Made by a program: the position numbers and the translations under genes. A DNA stretch of 64,000 nucleotides from a virus. Lineage: Duplodnaviria > Heunggongvirae > Uroviricota > Caudoviricetes. Positions 42,301 to 53,327 of the stretch are shown in pieces (the first letter of the stretch is position 1; every line of letters starts with the position of its first letter). The stretch is from the IMG/VR virus record IMGVR_UViG_3300010213_000001, positions 32,001 to 96,000 of that record, one strand, 5' to 3'. The notes under the pieces are model-generated. The model had not been told where the DNA came from. It saw nothing but the letters and a program-made list of their open reading frames with translations, and made no database searches.

Positions 42301-45300
42301 AATGAGAAAAAGCAACAAGCAAGTAAGTCACAAGAAACACTAGATTTAAGAGCTGCTATAAGCAAAGCTAAAGCCAGCTTGTTTGATCCAAGTAATCCTT
42401 ATGGTTTAGGTTATAGTAATATTGCTAATATTGGTAATATGACTAAAGAAGAAGTCGAGACATTAATAAACGGTAATAAAGATGTAGGAATTCAAGGAAT
42501 TAGAGATAAGATACTTAATGAGTTTGCTTTTACTTTAAGACAGTTACAAGAAACTGCTAACCTAAAAGGAGTATCGTCTCTTCAAGACCGAGTATATAAA
42601 TATAACTTGAGAACTACTTTTAGATCTAGAGAAATTGTTGATATTAGTAATGAATATGCTAAACAAAGTAATTTACCAGATACTATTACTAGTGATATTA
42701 CTATAAATAATCAAGATGGTACTACAGACAATTATAATAATGTTAATATAGAATATATTACTTTAGATGTTGCAGGAGAGTATCCAAGCGAATATAATGA
42801 TATATACCCAGATAAAAACATAAAACTAATTGTTCTAAATAATCCAAGTCCAAATAGTAAGAAAGATTTGGGAGGATCATTTTTAATTCCATTATCTTCT
42901 TTTGATAATCAAGATAGATTAATTAAACATCCAAAGAACATAGTAACTGTAACTTATACAGTTAATGGGCAATCAATAACTGAAGATTTTGTTAAAATTA
43001 GAAAACATTGGAATGATTCTAAATTATTCTATTCGTGGTATTCCGTAGATGGAAAGTATAAATATATAGGAACTCTCTTACCTAGAGAAGATGGTGGATT
43101 TAGTGTAGCAACACTAAGCTCTATGAAAACTTTAGAGTTTATAAAGTATGGAGAAGCTAAATATGAAGAATTTAAACAACTAGAAACTTTACAAGAACAA
43201 TTAGATGTAATCAATGAAAATAGTACAAGACTATTTGGAAGTTATAGTGACCTAAAAACTAATATTAATGGGGAGATTATTGCTGAGAAAAACTTAGAAA
43301 AAGAAAGTAATAAGATTTCATCATCAATTATTGTTAATAGTCCAAATATGATTAACAGTCCATCTTTTGGTGATGTAGACACCTCTGAACCTACAACTGC
43401 TAATGTGGCTAAGAAACTTCAATCTGGAGGAATAAGAAACAAAGATATATTAGCTATATATGATTCAGACTTATATACTGGTGAGACTATGGAATATGCA
43501 ATAGAGGCTACAAAAGAATTAACAGTAAACATAGTCTATAACCCCATTGTTAATTATAAATCTAGTGAGAAGTCTGGAATAAGTGGTAAGGAAGTGCCTC
43601 CTCAGATACGTGATACAACTCAACAAGCTAATATATATGTGCAAAATGATATATTCCCTATGTTTCCACATATGGTAATAAATTTATCTTTAAATCAATC
43701 TAATTTATACAATAACAATAGTGTAGTAGCCAATAGAATAGATGCATCAGGAGTATTATCTGGAGAGTTAGCTCAAATAGCTGAGCCTATCAATATTGAT
43801 GATTTCCAGTTTCCAATAGAGGAACCAATATCTGTATCAACAGAAGATGTTAATGAACAAGTAACAGATGTAGTTGATACTGTAGAACAAGATGAGACTA
43901 GTGATGTAGAGTTTGAAGAGCAATTAGGTGATATTGATTTTCTACTTGATGAAGATGATGAGTTTCTAATTTCTGATAAAGACATAAGTAACGATAATAC
44001 TGGAGCTGACGACATAGAAGATTCTATGGATGACATATTTGGTAGGCTGGAGACTACATTGGCTGACTATACTATGAGTGAAGATGATATACTTACATTA
44101 TATAATCAGATTTTAGGTATAAATGCTATTGTTATAGATCAAGTAAGTTATAATAAATTACCAGATTCTAAAAAAAGAGATAATTTCTACATAATAAAGT
44201 CTAATAACAAATTCAGACTATCTGACGGCTTAACATACTTAGGATTTGCGTCTAAGGGATTAAATGCATTACATACATCTAATGATTTATATAGCTTTAC
44301 TCTAGCTAAACATGAGATATTGCATACTATTCTTAATGAGTATATGCCTGCAACTAGAAGACAAAAGATACTTCAAGAAGTAAGAATTTTGTTAAAAGCT
44401 GACAAAGATAGGTCACAAGAATATTTAGATGTAGATAATCTTACAAACAGACAGCTAGAAGAGTATCTGGTACTTTTAAAAGAAAGTACTGATCTAGGAA
44501 ATGACTGGAGAAAGATAAATGAAAACAGTATAGTAAGATTTATAGATAAGACTATTGTAGGTAAGTTTATAAATAGAATTTTAGGAAGCAACAATGCAAT
44601 TACTGATTTTCTATCTTGGATAGTTAGTACATATAAGAAAACTATAAACTTTAATCAATCCGAATTAGACAAATTTATAATAGATTTATCATATAATAGA
44701 TTTAGAAGAGCGGAAGGTTCTTACGATTCATATAACCAAGAAACAGGACAGAAAGAAGAACCTAATATTAGAGGTAGACTAGATTCAGAAGTAGAAGCTA
44801 AATCTAATCAAGCAAAAAGATTAAATAGTGCTTTTGGATACCCACATGAATTAAATGAGGAAACTAAAGTACTTAATGGTAGTAGAAGATTTAGTAGGTA
44901 TAAACAGCAAATCGCATCTTTGATTGTAGAATATCAATTTGTGACTGCAAGTATAGATTTGTATAAGCAAAGAAGATCTTTGGGAGAAATCATAGATAGA
45001 GTACAAAGTAAGTACATTAGTGATGTAATTAAACAAATAGATGAATCTCCTCTTTTGAGACAAGTGTTAGAAAAGAAAGATAATAAAAGTGATGTAGAAA
45101 ATATCTTTATACAAGATTATCTTACTCTTAAAAAGGTAGATAGAAATAAAACTGCTGTTTCTTACAAAGAGCTTCAAAATATATCAAATAGAATACAGAA
45201 GTTCCTATATAGCCAATTTGATAGTGATCAATTTACAGATAAGAATAATAAGATAAACAAAGCATATTATACATTAGCTGTATTAGCTAATAAGAATGAG

Positions 45301-48300
45301 ATATTATCATATATGTATGAAGATATTGAATTTGATGCTTGGAATGATACTGTTGAGGAAGATGATGGTTCTATAGAGATTGGAAGTAGTTGGCAAGCAA
45401 AGGAAGCTACTCACTTAACTACTCTAGACACACTATCTAAAAAGGTAAAGAATCATATATACAATACATCATATTTCTATGAAGATTCTTTTGGTAATAA
45501 AGTATACGAACTAGTTGATCCTAAAACAGTTCAGGATATATTAACAAGTGTATTCGAGAATGCACAGCAATTAAGTAGAAAGAATAACAATGATGCTATA
45601 AGTGCTCTAAATGAGGCTTGGAGGCTATATTTACAAGATTTAGGTACATCTTCTCCTGACAGTTACTCTTATTATGAAGCAAGAGCTCTATATGATAAAG
45701 TATTTAAAATTGATGATGATTTTATACCTATATCGCCTAATAGTACATATAAGAGTAGTTACAAGTATTCTTATGCTCAAGTAGCTTTTAATCACGAGAG
45801 TATTACAAGTGTAAATCCAAATATAGCTGAATCTACCTATAAGTATCTAACTAAGTGGACAACTAAGTTTAACAATGCTATTAATACTAAGAATATTAAT
45901 GATATAAAATCTTTAATGACAGAATTAACAGCTGTTAATGCTAAGAATAATCAATCTAGATTAGATGCTATAGCTAAGATATTCAAAGATTTAAACTTAG
46001 AAAAAGAGTATAATAAAGCTATGCTGGAGTATAATAACTTTAAGCAAGGTGATAATATTGAAAAATTAAAAGCACTTAATAAGTCTATTACTAAGCTTAC
46101 ATCTATTGTATCTAACTATACAACAGTTAATCAATCTATATTGCAGTTACATCAAGATGCTTATAATTCTGTTGTATCTATGTTTGCATCAAACTGGAAG
46201 GTATCATTCTCTAAAGTTGGGGTAACCAAGAATATAGTGAAGACTCACACTGATGTTGGTAGTAAGAAAGATAGTGGTTTTAATCTTTCTGTGAAAACTG
46301 GTATAATTAATACAGTCTATAACAGTAGACTTGAGATACATAAAGAAAATATAGTAAAGCAGATTATTTCACATACACCAGATAAATCTAAAGTTAATAC
46401 TGGTAACTATCTTAGTATTAATACTCTACAAGATCCAAGATCTAAGTATAAAATATCACATAATAAAAGCTCTATTACGTTTGAATTCCCTTACAATTTT
46501 AAAGGAGAGGATAATGTTATTAAAATTGTACTGAATGAATCTGATTTAATAACTAGAGGAGAGTTTAAAGATATTACAAAAGATAAACTAAAGAGAATAT
46601 ATGAACAGTTGACATCAGTTCCATATCAAGGTTATAAAGTAGACATTATACCTAACGTTGTTGCTAGCTTCTATCAAACAATAGGATTTCAATTAGATAG
46701 AAGAGCAGTCAGAACTCTACAGAGAGTGGAAGGAATAGAGAATACAAACCCTAAAGAAGGGGTATTAAGGTTGATACATCATATGTTACAATCATATGCT
46801 GTTATACAGGCTGCATATGAAGAAGAGAATGGAGTCTTCTATTCTAGAAAGCAACCTGACACTAATAGAGGAGAAGTAAGAGGTACTAGCTTATTAAGTA
46901 AGTTTGTAAGTCGCAAAGATGACGTGGATATTAATGCTACAACTGACTCTAGTGGAACTAGACAGAGTACTTTAACAGAGGAAGGTGAAGACGAGAATTC
47001 AAGTCAAATCAATGAAGATACTCCATATATGTTTACCCCAAGTAGGGACTATGATGATGTACTGACTAGATTAATAGAGTATAATAAGAGATTTAAGCAA
47101 GCTGTACAAAAAGATAGTGTGTATTTTGGTGAGAATCGTTATGGACTTAATGTTTATACTACTCCACTATATGAACATTTGCAGGAATTAACAACTATAG
47201 AAAAAGATAATATTTTTGATCAGTTAACTACACTTAAAGCTAGGATAGAAAACGAGAACAGGCAATTAATTAGTTCCGCAGAAGGATTAGCTGAAATAGA
47301 TAGATTATATAAAGAAGCTAGAGCTAATTTATTATCAGAGTATAAGTTTATGTCATCCCCAATCTATACAAATAGATTGATAGATATGTATACAGTAAAT
47401 GGTAAATTAGAAAAGAATTTAATAGCTAAGAATTGGTCTATATTTAACTATATAAATAATAGTTCTTCTGGTAAAGGGAAAAGCTTCCTTAATTTTACAA
47501 TTAAAGAGCTTCAGAGACAAGCTGTTAATGATTTCTTCCTGTATCCTGGACAAAGTGGAAACAAATATGGTGCTTATAATTCAGCTAGACACAATGAATA
47601 TAAGCAGACATTAGAAGCTCAGGCGAACAGGGGACAATTACCAATAGTTGAATTAGATAGTAAGGTATTTTATGATTATGAAAAGGGAGATGAGTCTATG
47701 TTTGCAGATGATAAAGGTAATATAAGTAATAACCTTGTTGTCTCCAAATACAAGCTAGGTGCAGATGCAGAGAGTAAATTATTCAATGTATACTCTTCTT
47801 CAAATTCCTATATGTATAATACATTAAAGGAAACTGAAACTGTTCTTGGCTATGAATCAAATAGTGATTTAGGTATAGGTATTGACACTACATATCTTAA
47901 TAAGTTAATGGATATATCTATTGATGTTAATGCTAAGTTGGCTGAAGTAGGAAATAATCCATTAAAGGTATTCTTAGAGTTTAAAAGATTAGTCAATTTA
48001 TATAAAGCTAATTCTGAGAATGTAGAGTATTATGATGAAGTTAGACAGATAACTACTAATATTACTGGGTTTGAAGTTATGGCTATTAATAATATTGATA
48101 GTGTTATTGAGCAGATTAAAAACAAGTTAAGTAAAGCATCAAATCCTACTTTAATAGATTTCTTGAATAAAACTTTGCAAGAATACACATCTGTAAGAAA
48201 TAATCCAGAGCAATTAAGTTTAATAGCTGGAGAATATAGTAAGATATATAAAGAAGCTTATCTAAATAGACTTAAGGAATCATATTTGATGGCTAATCAA

Positions 48301-51300
48301 TATATGATAAATGATGGCTTTGGGGATCCAGCTAAAAAGGAGCAGAATGCTAAAATATTAAATGGTTTAAGACAAACTTATATAAGACTAGATAAATTTC
48401 TAGAAAAACCTGCTAATACTTTAGATGGTTTTGATAATAGATATTTGGATGCTATATATAAAAGACTTGGAGATATAGGTAATAATATGGATTCTGCAGC
48501 TGGAACTTCAAGTGAGGTAAAGGATTTCATACGTTATGAGCCATTACCTAGTGAGACTTTAAGTAGTGCTATATCTAGAAATTTATCTAGAACAGCTCAA
48601 TTATTGAATGATCAATTAGCTGTTATGTCTAAAGCTAATAAGAACAAGTTAATGGGGCAATTGACTTTACATAGACACTATGATAAGACAAGCTCTATAT
48701 TTTCTATAAATGGACTTACAGGATTTACTTTATCAGAGGCTATCCAGAGATTACCTAAAGACCAAAGAGAAAAGTCTGCAGAAACTATAAAAAGTTTTGT
48801 AGCTATAGAGAGAGCTATATCAAAGAAGAATTTAACTATAGATGATATAATAAAAGTAGCTAATAATAATGATACTATTCATGATGAAGTATTGAGCGCA
48901 ATAGCAAATGATATTAAGGCCGGTAATCCTAATATACAAGGTCCTGATATTAATAATACCAAAGAATTTATACAGTTATATAACAATATAAAAGCTAATC
49001 TTGAAGCTAACGGAATAACCTCCGTAAAGAGTACTAAGGCTATGACTATAGGTCAACTTTTGTATGAAGACGTCACCAAATCCTTTTCAGAATATATCAA
49101 AGAGATAAAAGAAGAGATGGTTAGATTTGGATTACAAGCAGTTCAAGAAGAAGTAGAAATTACAGGTATTATATCTTCAAAGTACGATAGTGGAGTAATG
49201 AGTTATGGTCCTAAAAGGAACATTGACTCTAACAATAGATATGATAAAGCCTTTATAGATAACTTCCCAACTTACTTTGAATTAGATCCTAATACAGGAA
49301 GTTATACTCTAGTAGAACATAGAATTAAACCTATTGAGTATACAATCAATGGTAAGAAGTTGTATAATTCTGCAGGAAAGAAGTTTATTTATGACGATAA
49401 GAATTCTAACTCTGGTAGAAAATATAATGATCAAGTTCCTACAGTAAATCCAGGAAGTTTCTTATTCTTCTCCAATACTTATCAAGGAAGCGAGTCTAGA
49501 GAAGAAAGATTATCTTTATTTAAGCAATTACCTATCGATGATCAATTAGATAACATAAATCCAATATTCCTAGATTATTTCTTAACTAATAAGGTTAATG
49601 GCTTCTATTTGGGACAGTATATAGATGGGGATATCTATAGATATAAAGGTAAGACTACAACTGCTAAGTTGATTGATATGGTTAAGCGTATTGGTACTAA
49701 TACTACACCTGGTACTAAGCCTACTTTTAGAGAGGTTATATCTTTAAACAATAAACAGAAAACTATAAACAATAATGGATTATCTACTCATCACAATGTA
49801 GCTAATATACCTGATGAGGTTTACGATATAATGAATCAAGAGTATAAATACTTTAGAGATGTATCAGCTTTAACTTATGATGATGATAACCAAGCTCTTA
49901 AAAGTATTGTGGAAAATATGATATATCATGGAGAAATAAGTGCAACTCAAGCTGCTACACTAACAGTTGGTAGTTTAGATGTACTTAAGATAGAAGATTC
50001 ATCCAGTAAATATAATAGAGGTATCTATGTTAGAGAAGGAGCAAGATATGGTATTGATACCTCAATAGAAGGAAATCCAACTATTATACTTTTAGAAGAA
50101 GGTTCAATAAGAGGAAGATCTGGAGAGTTATTAGATAGTTTTGAAGCTTGGGACGGTGTAACATTTATGAGTAATTTAGCTGGACTATTAATTATAAATT
50201 CTTATGGAAATAAGGAAGGTATTGATATGACTCAACAAGGTCTAAAGATGATAAATAACAATCTAGATGCTAAGACCCAGAATGGTGTATCAATGAAATC
50301 TTTGCAAGTTAAGTTTACCTCTAAATTTATATTTAATTCTTCTGAATCAGTAAAAACATTAGTTAAAGAAGGATATAGATCTGGTATATTAAATGAAGAC
50401 TTTATAAAAGATCACACTTATAAGAAAGGTACAAATGCTATAATAAATGGAGAAGAGGTCGTACTTAATGAAGATTTATCTATACAGGTTCCTGACGGAG
50501 AATGGAATTTATACGGTGAATTTGTTCCTCCTCAACTAAATCTTATAACAGATAAAGATGGAAAGTTTAGTTGGAATATTCCTTCTAGAAAGAAGACTTT
50601 ATATGATGTATATTGGGAAAACGGAGGGTGGAATCCTAACCAATCAGGAGTATTTGAAACAGTATACTTTGATGGTTCTACTACTGCTGTAGATTCAGAG
50701 CAACACTCAACATTAAAAATAAGCAAGTCAGACTTTGAAGTATATAAAGCATATATAAAGAATAGAGAGGATAATGCTTTTATGGTTAAAGATAAGTCAA
50801 ATAATACATTATTGACTTTAGATGAATTGCTAGGTAAAATAAAGAATAATGATAGTAATTATTCTGATTTATTAAATAGAAATATAAATACTATTCAAGA
50901 TTTAATAAAAGCTATTAATGTTGCAGATAGATTTGTTTATATGGATTCTGTAATGTTATTTAATCCTGCTTCTGGTACTAAGAAGGGGACTAGAGATACT
51001 AACCCTAACTTCAAAGGTAATTATTCTGATGAATTTACTAATATACATACTCAATCTTTAGAGAATTTTAGTTACATTATAACTATTAATAAGAAAGACA
51101 AAGATGGTCAGGATGTGGCACTTTCTACACAATTTACTTACCTGTTAGGTATGGAGAACAATGTGTTTGAAGCCCAGGATGTTTATAATGTTATTGCTAG
51201 CTTATCTAAAGAGCAGAGAAAAGATTTTGAAGGTAAAATAAAGAAGATAAGAAATGAGCTTTTAAAGTCTAATTCTTTAGAAAAGATTAAAGAAACTTTA

Positions 51301-53313
51301 AACCAGTTAAATGGTAAAAGAGAACTTAATAACAATTTATCTCCACAGTTAATAAATCTTATAACTACTACTAGATTGGAAAATATGAAGTTAGAAGGTA
51401 GATTAACTGCTAAGACTTTAAATACTGAAGCTGAGAGACTATTAAGTGTGAATAAGTTTTCTACAGAGGAAATAAATTTCATAGCAGACTCTATATTAGA
51501 TAGTGTCTCTGTTAAAAAGTATATGATGGAGATAGTTAGATCTAATGCAGAAGCAAGTGCAGAATTTAATCAAGTTTGGGAACATGTTTCTAATCAAGAG
51601 AATCTTGATGAAATGACCATATCTAATCCAGTACTATTTAATAAGTTATTTAGTGATGTAGCTGCTAGAGTATCTAAAGGTATGGCACTTAGAGTAAATG
51701 GTAAGAAAGCTGTACAGATGCCAATTACTCAAATGAAGAAGGTTTATGAGTGGAATGGTAGATTACATACTAAATTAGATATATTTAATATACTAAAAGC
51801 AGCATCTCCAAACAAGTCTAATACAACTATATATAAACAAATAGACGATTTAATTCGAACTAGGACAATTAAAGAAAGAAGTGTCAGCTATGGTAATCCT
51901 AATCAAGATACGGATAAGATTACACATACAGAAGTAGAAGCAAGTAATCCATTTTATGTTAAGTACTCATTCTTGAAAGATATATCTTTGAGAGAGATGT
52001 TTGATATTTATGATAATAATAGAATGTTGAGATCTTTAGAGTCTAAAACTTATGAAGATATAAACACTGATTCTTTAGCTTTGGAAGAGTATCTTAACGA
52101 TTTAGTAGATGGAGGAGAAGCTAGTACATTAGCTAAAATATACAAATCTCCATTATTTAAGATGTTAAAAGCAGATGTTAATGACAAGATTCAACTATTA
52201 GAGAGATCTAAGAAAATAGATGAATACCTTAGAAAACAATTAATAAATAATCCTCAAGCTGTTGAGGAGGCTAGAGAGTTATATAAATCTATCTTAGAAG
52301 ATAAGTTGTCCGAGTACAATGATAGATTACAAGAGGAAGAGAATCCTGAAAATAGAGAATCAATTAAAGGTTATATTCAAACTCTAGAACAACAAATTAA
52401 AGATGCAGATACATTAGAAGATGCTAAACTTATAAGTTATCTTAATACAAGTGTTAAATTTAACAAGTCAAAATTAATAAAATTAACACAATATATGGAA
52501 TTCTTAAATCGAGTAGAGAAAGGAAGATTTAATACTAAAGATGGAAATATATCCAAGTTAAATAATGACTTTGTTAAACTAACTAAGAGAGCAAATAAAG
52601 CACTTTATGGAATAATGTCTCGTGTACCTAATACAGGGTTGAACTCTAACTCATTCTTTAAGATTGTTACATTCAATAATGAATATGGTAACTCTGTATT
52701 TATACCTGCTGAATGGTTGAATATATCAGGATCTGACCATGATGGGGATACATTACAGCTGTGGACATTTGATCCTTATGGTAGGAATAAATACTCAGAT
52801 TTAGCTCTAGAAAAAGCAGCTGACATCATGACTAAGTATGATAATACAGCTTCTATATTCTCTAAACTAGACTTATCACTAAAACCTATTCAAGATGAAG
52901 CTACTAAGAAATATAATGAGCCTGGTATGTATTTGAAGCCTTATGATGCGCACTCTTTCTTTACTGTAGTCTCACAGAATGCTGTAGGTTCCACAGTTGT
53001 AGGTTCTTCTGCCTTACTAGGTAAGAATTATACTTATGCCAACCAAGTTATAAAGAGTATGATTTCTTATATTTCTAAGCAAGAAGATTTAAATAACGTT
53101 AATAGATTAGAAGTTTCTAAAGGAGAAGAGATAGAAGTTCAACCAGATATTTCAAATGTTAATGAAAGTTTAGAAGAAATAGACAATGAAATTATTCAAG
53201 TATTGTTTGAAAGTGTTGATACTCAAGAGGAGTTAATGGAGTTATTAGATGCTATGGAATTGTCAACAGAAGAAAAAGGAGAGATAATCCGTAAGTATTG
53301 TATGAATAACTAA
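39364..53313 (+). CDS. Giant virion RNA polymerase-containing protein (two-barrel, crAss-type) with zincin-like domain
   Basis: 4649 aa. R-x-P (SRVP, 52621) is followed by GSDHDGD (Asp triad at 52735-52749). Upstream DMVKR and WDG motifs fit the second barrel. HEILH at 44311-44325. Confidence 0.8.
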   Translation: MLKITSIICSFINRAAVKLNAESLIKSLMMSYREDVKSLMDIVSLNIKMGSIMQEALEQKDENGNKPNPDAMYLGAFMAMNSIYPLVLAAETNPAAYDALNKLMGGALDYYPEALSTELNFAKQYLQGDENGSVKDNILSQRKSSLDMYDFVQFITPELPIELATDTDANDIDNPILDNDTTIDDYNETELNKAKTTIEQFADQVSDAKTNTTIEELPELQADGDPDIDEDDLSQDQDNEDIFDDFDIDDDDNDTKPFTNEEVEELELISRLKEVFDNEEFPRLNNSNISDFFEFIKLSDIADREVLSTDVNSSEVLLFVNNGLNREYSIIINKDLKGSKYIYTYTLNSGPDNYIPMSGNLRELSNLIAKKYKFGRLGKINPSDIYDLDKDIPARNVVRDNNNQAITYANTLPVELHSISLFSQNAQVTRDYLRLKNLIFGELMSKSSTDIVLDEDTLRKVVMKAFTGMVGLNNANKLAVLNNYRFNLVIEKDTVSYPQDRVVASTIRFKDKSGSTTYYTPERLTTSIHIQDASGNYVDLSNIGVNLPNIIKLSNLRLPNSTSDFSPYAEEYYKLQSALNTRLIQGDGPIVATGLVIEANNKAEQDLLNIYQPPQYYNGVGSEVNQYRLHINESYRIGNTDVELSTQELLEIGNNLVIMKSLGYDVHLTSRELYDMLMEVEDDFIESTTSINSMNNRMLTILNNIAQDNPALLASKDKSSVFYILKSIRDNENGIASSEQLEELSKFRELLKQPLTFPQYYHSLLLKELGFSTTESIIAQPGDFSGNSAVVYKSENTAILSKSDRYNSTPSIQSKNSNASVALTSRSKITPLDLMQESLESPESKKSLLGVTQAPYFYAQTLQYIKGLEDRLNRLDTEPITIGTYVRHENETYIVIQDNMSGNRVQLYNPKIGVNSKIVVDRSSISSLNKKGTFVQYKGKNYLVTDSDVIISTLTYSQIFEKPNATSKAIIDEKYKIVENEKKQQASKSQETLDLRAAISKAKASLFDPSNPYGLGYSNIANIGNMTKEEVETLINGNKDVGIQGIRDKILNEFAFTLRQLQETANLKGVSSLQDRVYKYNLRTTFRSREIVDISNEYAKQSNLPDTITSDITINNQDGTTDNYNNVNIEYITLDVAGEYPSEYNDIYPDKNIKLIVLNNPSPNSKKDLGGSFLIPLSSFDNQDRLIKHPKNIVTVTYTVNGQSITEDFVKIRKHWNDSKLFYSWYSVDGKYKYIGTLLPREDGGFSVATLSSMKTLEFIKYGEAKYEEFKQLETLQEQLDVINENSTRLFGSYSDLKTNINGEIIAEKNLEKESNKISSSIIVNSPNMINSPSFGDVDTSEPTTANVAKKLQSGGIRNKDILAIYDSDLYTGETMEYAIEATKELTVNIVYNPIVNYKSSEKSGISGKEVPPQIRDTTQQANIYVQNDIFPMFPHMVINLSLNQSNLYNNNSVVANRIDASGVLSGELAQIAEPINIDDFQFPIEEPISVSTEDVNEQVTDVVDTVEQDETSDVEFEEQLGDIDFLLDEDDEFLISDKDISNDNTGADDIEDSMDDIFGRLETTLADYTMSEDDILTLYNQILGINAIVIDQVSYNKLPDSKKRDNFYIIKSNNKFRLSDGLTYLGFASKGLNALHTSNDLYSFTLAKHEILHTILNEYMPATRRQKILQEVRILLKADKDRSQEYLDVDNLTNRQLEEYLVLLKESTDLGNDWRKINENSIVRFIDKTIVGKFINRILGSNNAITDFLSWIVSTYKKTINFNQSELDKFIIDLSYNRFRRAEGSYDSYNQETGQKEEPNIRGRLDSEVEAKSNQAKRLNSAFGYPHELNEETKVLNGSRRFSRYKQQIASLIVEYQFVTASIDLYKQRRSLGEIIDRVQSKYISDVIKQIDESPLLRQVLEKKDNKSDVENIFIQDYLTLKKVDRNKTAVSYKELQNISNRIQKFLYSQFDSDQFTDKNNKINKAYYTLAVLANKNEILSYMYEDIEFDAWNDTVEEDDGSIEIGSSWQAKEATHLTTLDTLSKKVKNHIYNTSYFYEDSFGNKVYELVDPKTVQDILTSVFENAQQLSRKNNNDAISALNEAWRLYLQDLGTSSPDSYSYYEARALYDKVFKIDDDFIPISPNSTYKSSYKYSYAQVAFNHESITSVNPNIAESTYKYLTKWTTKFNNAINTKNINDIKSLMTELTAVNAKNNQSRLDAIAKIFKDLNLEKEYNKAMLEYNNFKQGDNIEKLKALNKSITKLTSIVSNYTTVNQSILQLHQDAYNSVVSMFASNWKVSFSKVGVTKNIVKTHTDVGSKKDSGFNLSVKTGIINTVYNSRLEIHKENIVKQIISHTPDKSKVNTGNYLSINTLQDPRSKYKISHNKSSITFEFPYNFKGEDNVIKIVLNESDLITRGEFKDITKDKLKRIYEQLTSVPYQGYKVDIIPNVVASFYQTIGFQLDRRAVRTLQRVEGIENTNPKEGVLRLIHHMLQSYAVIQAAYEEENGVFYSRKQPDTNRGEVRGTSLLSKFVSRKDDVDINATTDSSGTRQSTLTEEGEDENSSQINEDTPYMFTPSRDYDDVLTRLIEYNKRFKQAVQKDSVYFGENRYGLNVYTTPLYEHLQELTTIEKDNIFDQLTTLKARIENENRQLISSAEGLAEIDRLYKEARANLLSEYKFMSSPIYTNRLIDMYTVNGKLEKNLIAKNWSIFNYINNSSSGKGKSFLNFTIKELQRQAVNDFFLYPGQSGNKYGAYNSARHNEYKQTLEAQANRGQLPIVELDSKVFYDYEKGDESMFADDKGNISNNLVVSKYKLGADAESKLFNVYSSSNSYMYNTLKETETVLGYESNSDLGIGIDTTYLNKLMDISIDVNAKLAEVGNNPLKVFLEFKRLVNLYKANSENVEYYDEVRQITTNITGFEVMAINNIDSVIEQIKNKLSKASNPTLIDFLNKTLQEYTSVRNNPEQLSLIAGEYSKIYKEAYLNRLKESYLMANQYMINDGFGDPAKKEQNAKILNGLRQTYIRLDKFLEKPANTLDGFDNRYLDAIYKRLGDIGNNMDSAAGTSSEVKDFIRYEPLPSETLSSAISRNLSRTAQLLNDQLAVMSKANKNKLMGQLTLHRHYDKTSSIFSINGLTGFTLSEAIQRLPKDQREKSAETIKSFVAIERAISKKNLTIDDIIKVANNNDTIHDEVLSAIANDIKAGNPNIQGPDINNTKEFIQLYNNIKANLEANGITSVKSTKAMTIGQLLYEDVTKSFSEYIKEIKEEMVRFGLQAVQEEVEITGIISSKYDSGVMSYGPKRNIDSNNRYDKAFIDNFPTYFELDPNTGSYTLVEHRIKPIEYTINGKKLYNSAGKKFIYDDKNSNSGRKYNDQVPTVNPGSFLFFSNTYQGSESREERLSLFKQLPIDDQLDNINPIFLDYFLTNKVNGFYLGQYIDGDIYRYKGKTTTAKLIDMVKRIGTNTTPGTKPTFREVISLNNKQKTINNNGLSTHHNVANIPDEVYDIMNQEYKYFRDVSALTYDDDNQALKSIVENMIYHGEISATQAATLTVGSLDVLKIEDSSSKYNRGIYVREGARYGIDTSIEGNPTIILLEEGSIRGRSGELLDSFEAWDGVTFMSNLAGLLIINSYGNKEGIDMTQQGLKMINNNLDAKTQNGVSMKSLQVKFTSKFIFNSSESVKTLVKEGYRSGILNEDFIKDHTYKKGTNAIINGEEVVLNEDLSIQVPDGEWNLYGEFVPPQLNLITDKDGKFSWNIPSRKKTLYDVYWENGGWNPNQSGVFETVYFDGSTTAVDSEQHSTLKISKSDFEVYKAYIKNREDNAFMVKDKSNNTLLTLDELLGKIKNNDSNYSDLLNRNINTIQDLIKAINVADRFVYMDSVMLFNPASGTKKGTRDTNPNFKGNYSDEFTNIHTQSLENFSYIITINKKDKDGQDVALSTQFTYLLGMENNVFEAQDVYNVIASLSKEQRKDFEGKIKKIRNELLKSNSLEKIKETLNQLNGKRELNNNLSPQLINLITTTRLENMKLEGRLTAKTLNTEAERLLSVNKFSTEEINFIADSILDSVSVKKYMMEIVRSNAEASAEFNQVWEHVSNQENLDEMTISNPVLFNKLFSDVAARVSKGMALRVNGKKAVQMPITQMKKVYEWNGRLHTKLDIFNILKAASPNKSNTTIYKQIDDLIRTRTIKERSVSYGNPNQDTDKITHTEVEASNPFYVKYSFLKDISLREMFDIYDNNRMLRSLESKTYEDINTDSLALEEYLNDLVDGGEASTLAKIYKSPLFKMLKADVNDKIQLLERSKKIDEYLRKQLINNPQAVEEARELYKSILEDKLSEYNDRLQEEENPENRESIKGYIQTLEQQIKDADTLEDAKLISYLNTSVKFNKSKLIKLTQYMEFLNRVEKGRFNTKDGNISKLNNDFVKLTKRANKALYGIMSRVPNTGLNSNSFFKIVTFNNEYGNSVFIPAEWLNISGSDHDGDTLQLWTFDPYGRNKYSDLALEKAADIMTKYDNTASIFSKLDLSLKPIQDEATKKYNEPGMYLKPYDAHSFFTVVSQNAVGSTVVGSSALLGKNYTYANQVIKSMISYISKQEDLNNVNRLEVSKGEEIEVQPDISNVNESLEEIDNEIIQVLFESVDTQEELMELLDAMELSTEEKGEIIRKYCMNN

Positions 53314-53327
53314 TAATTTAAATAATT

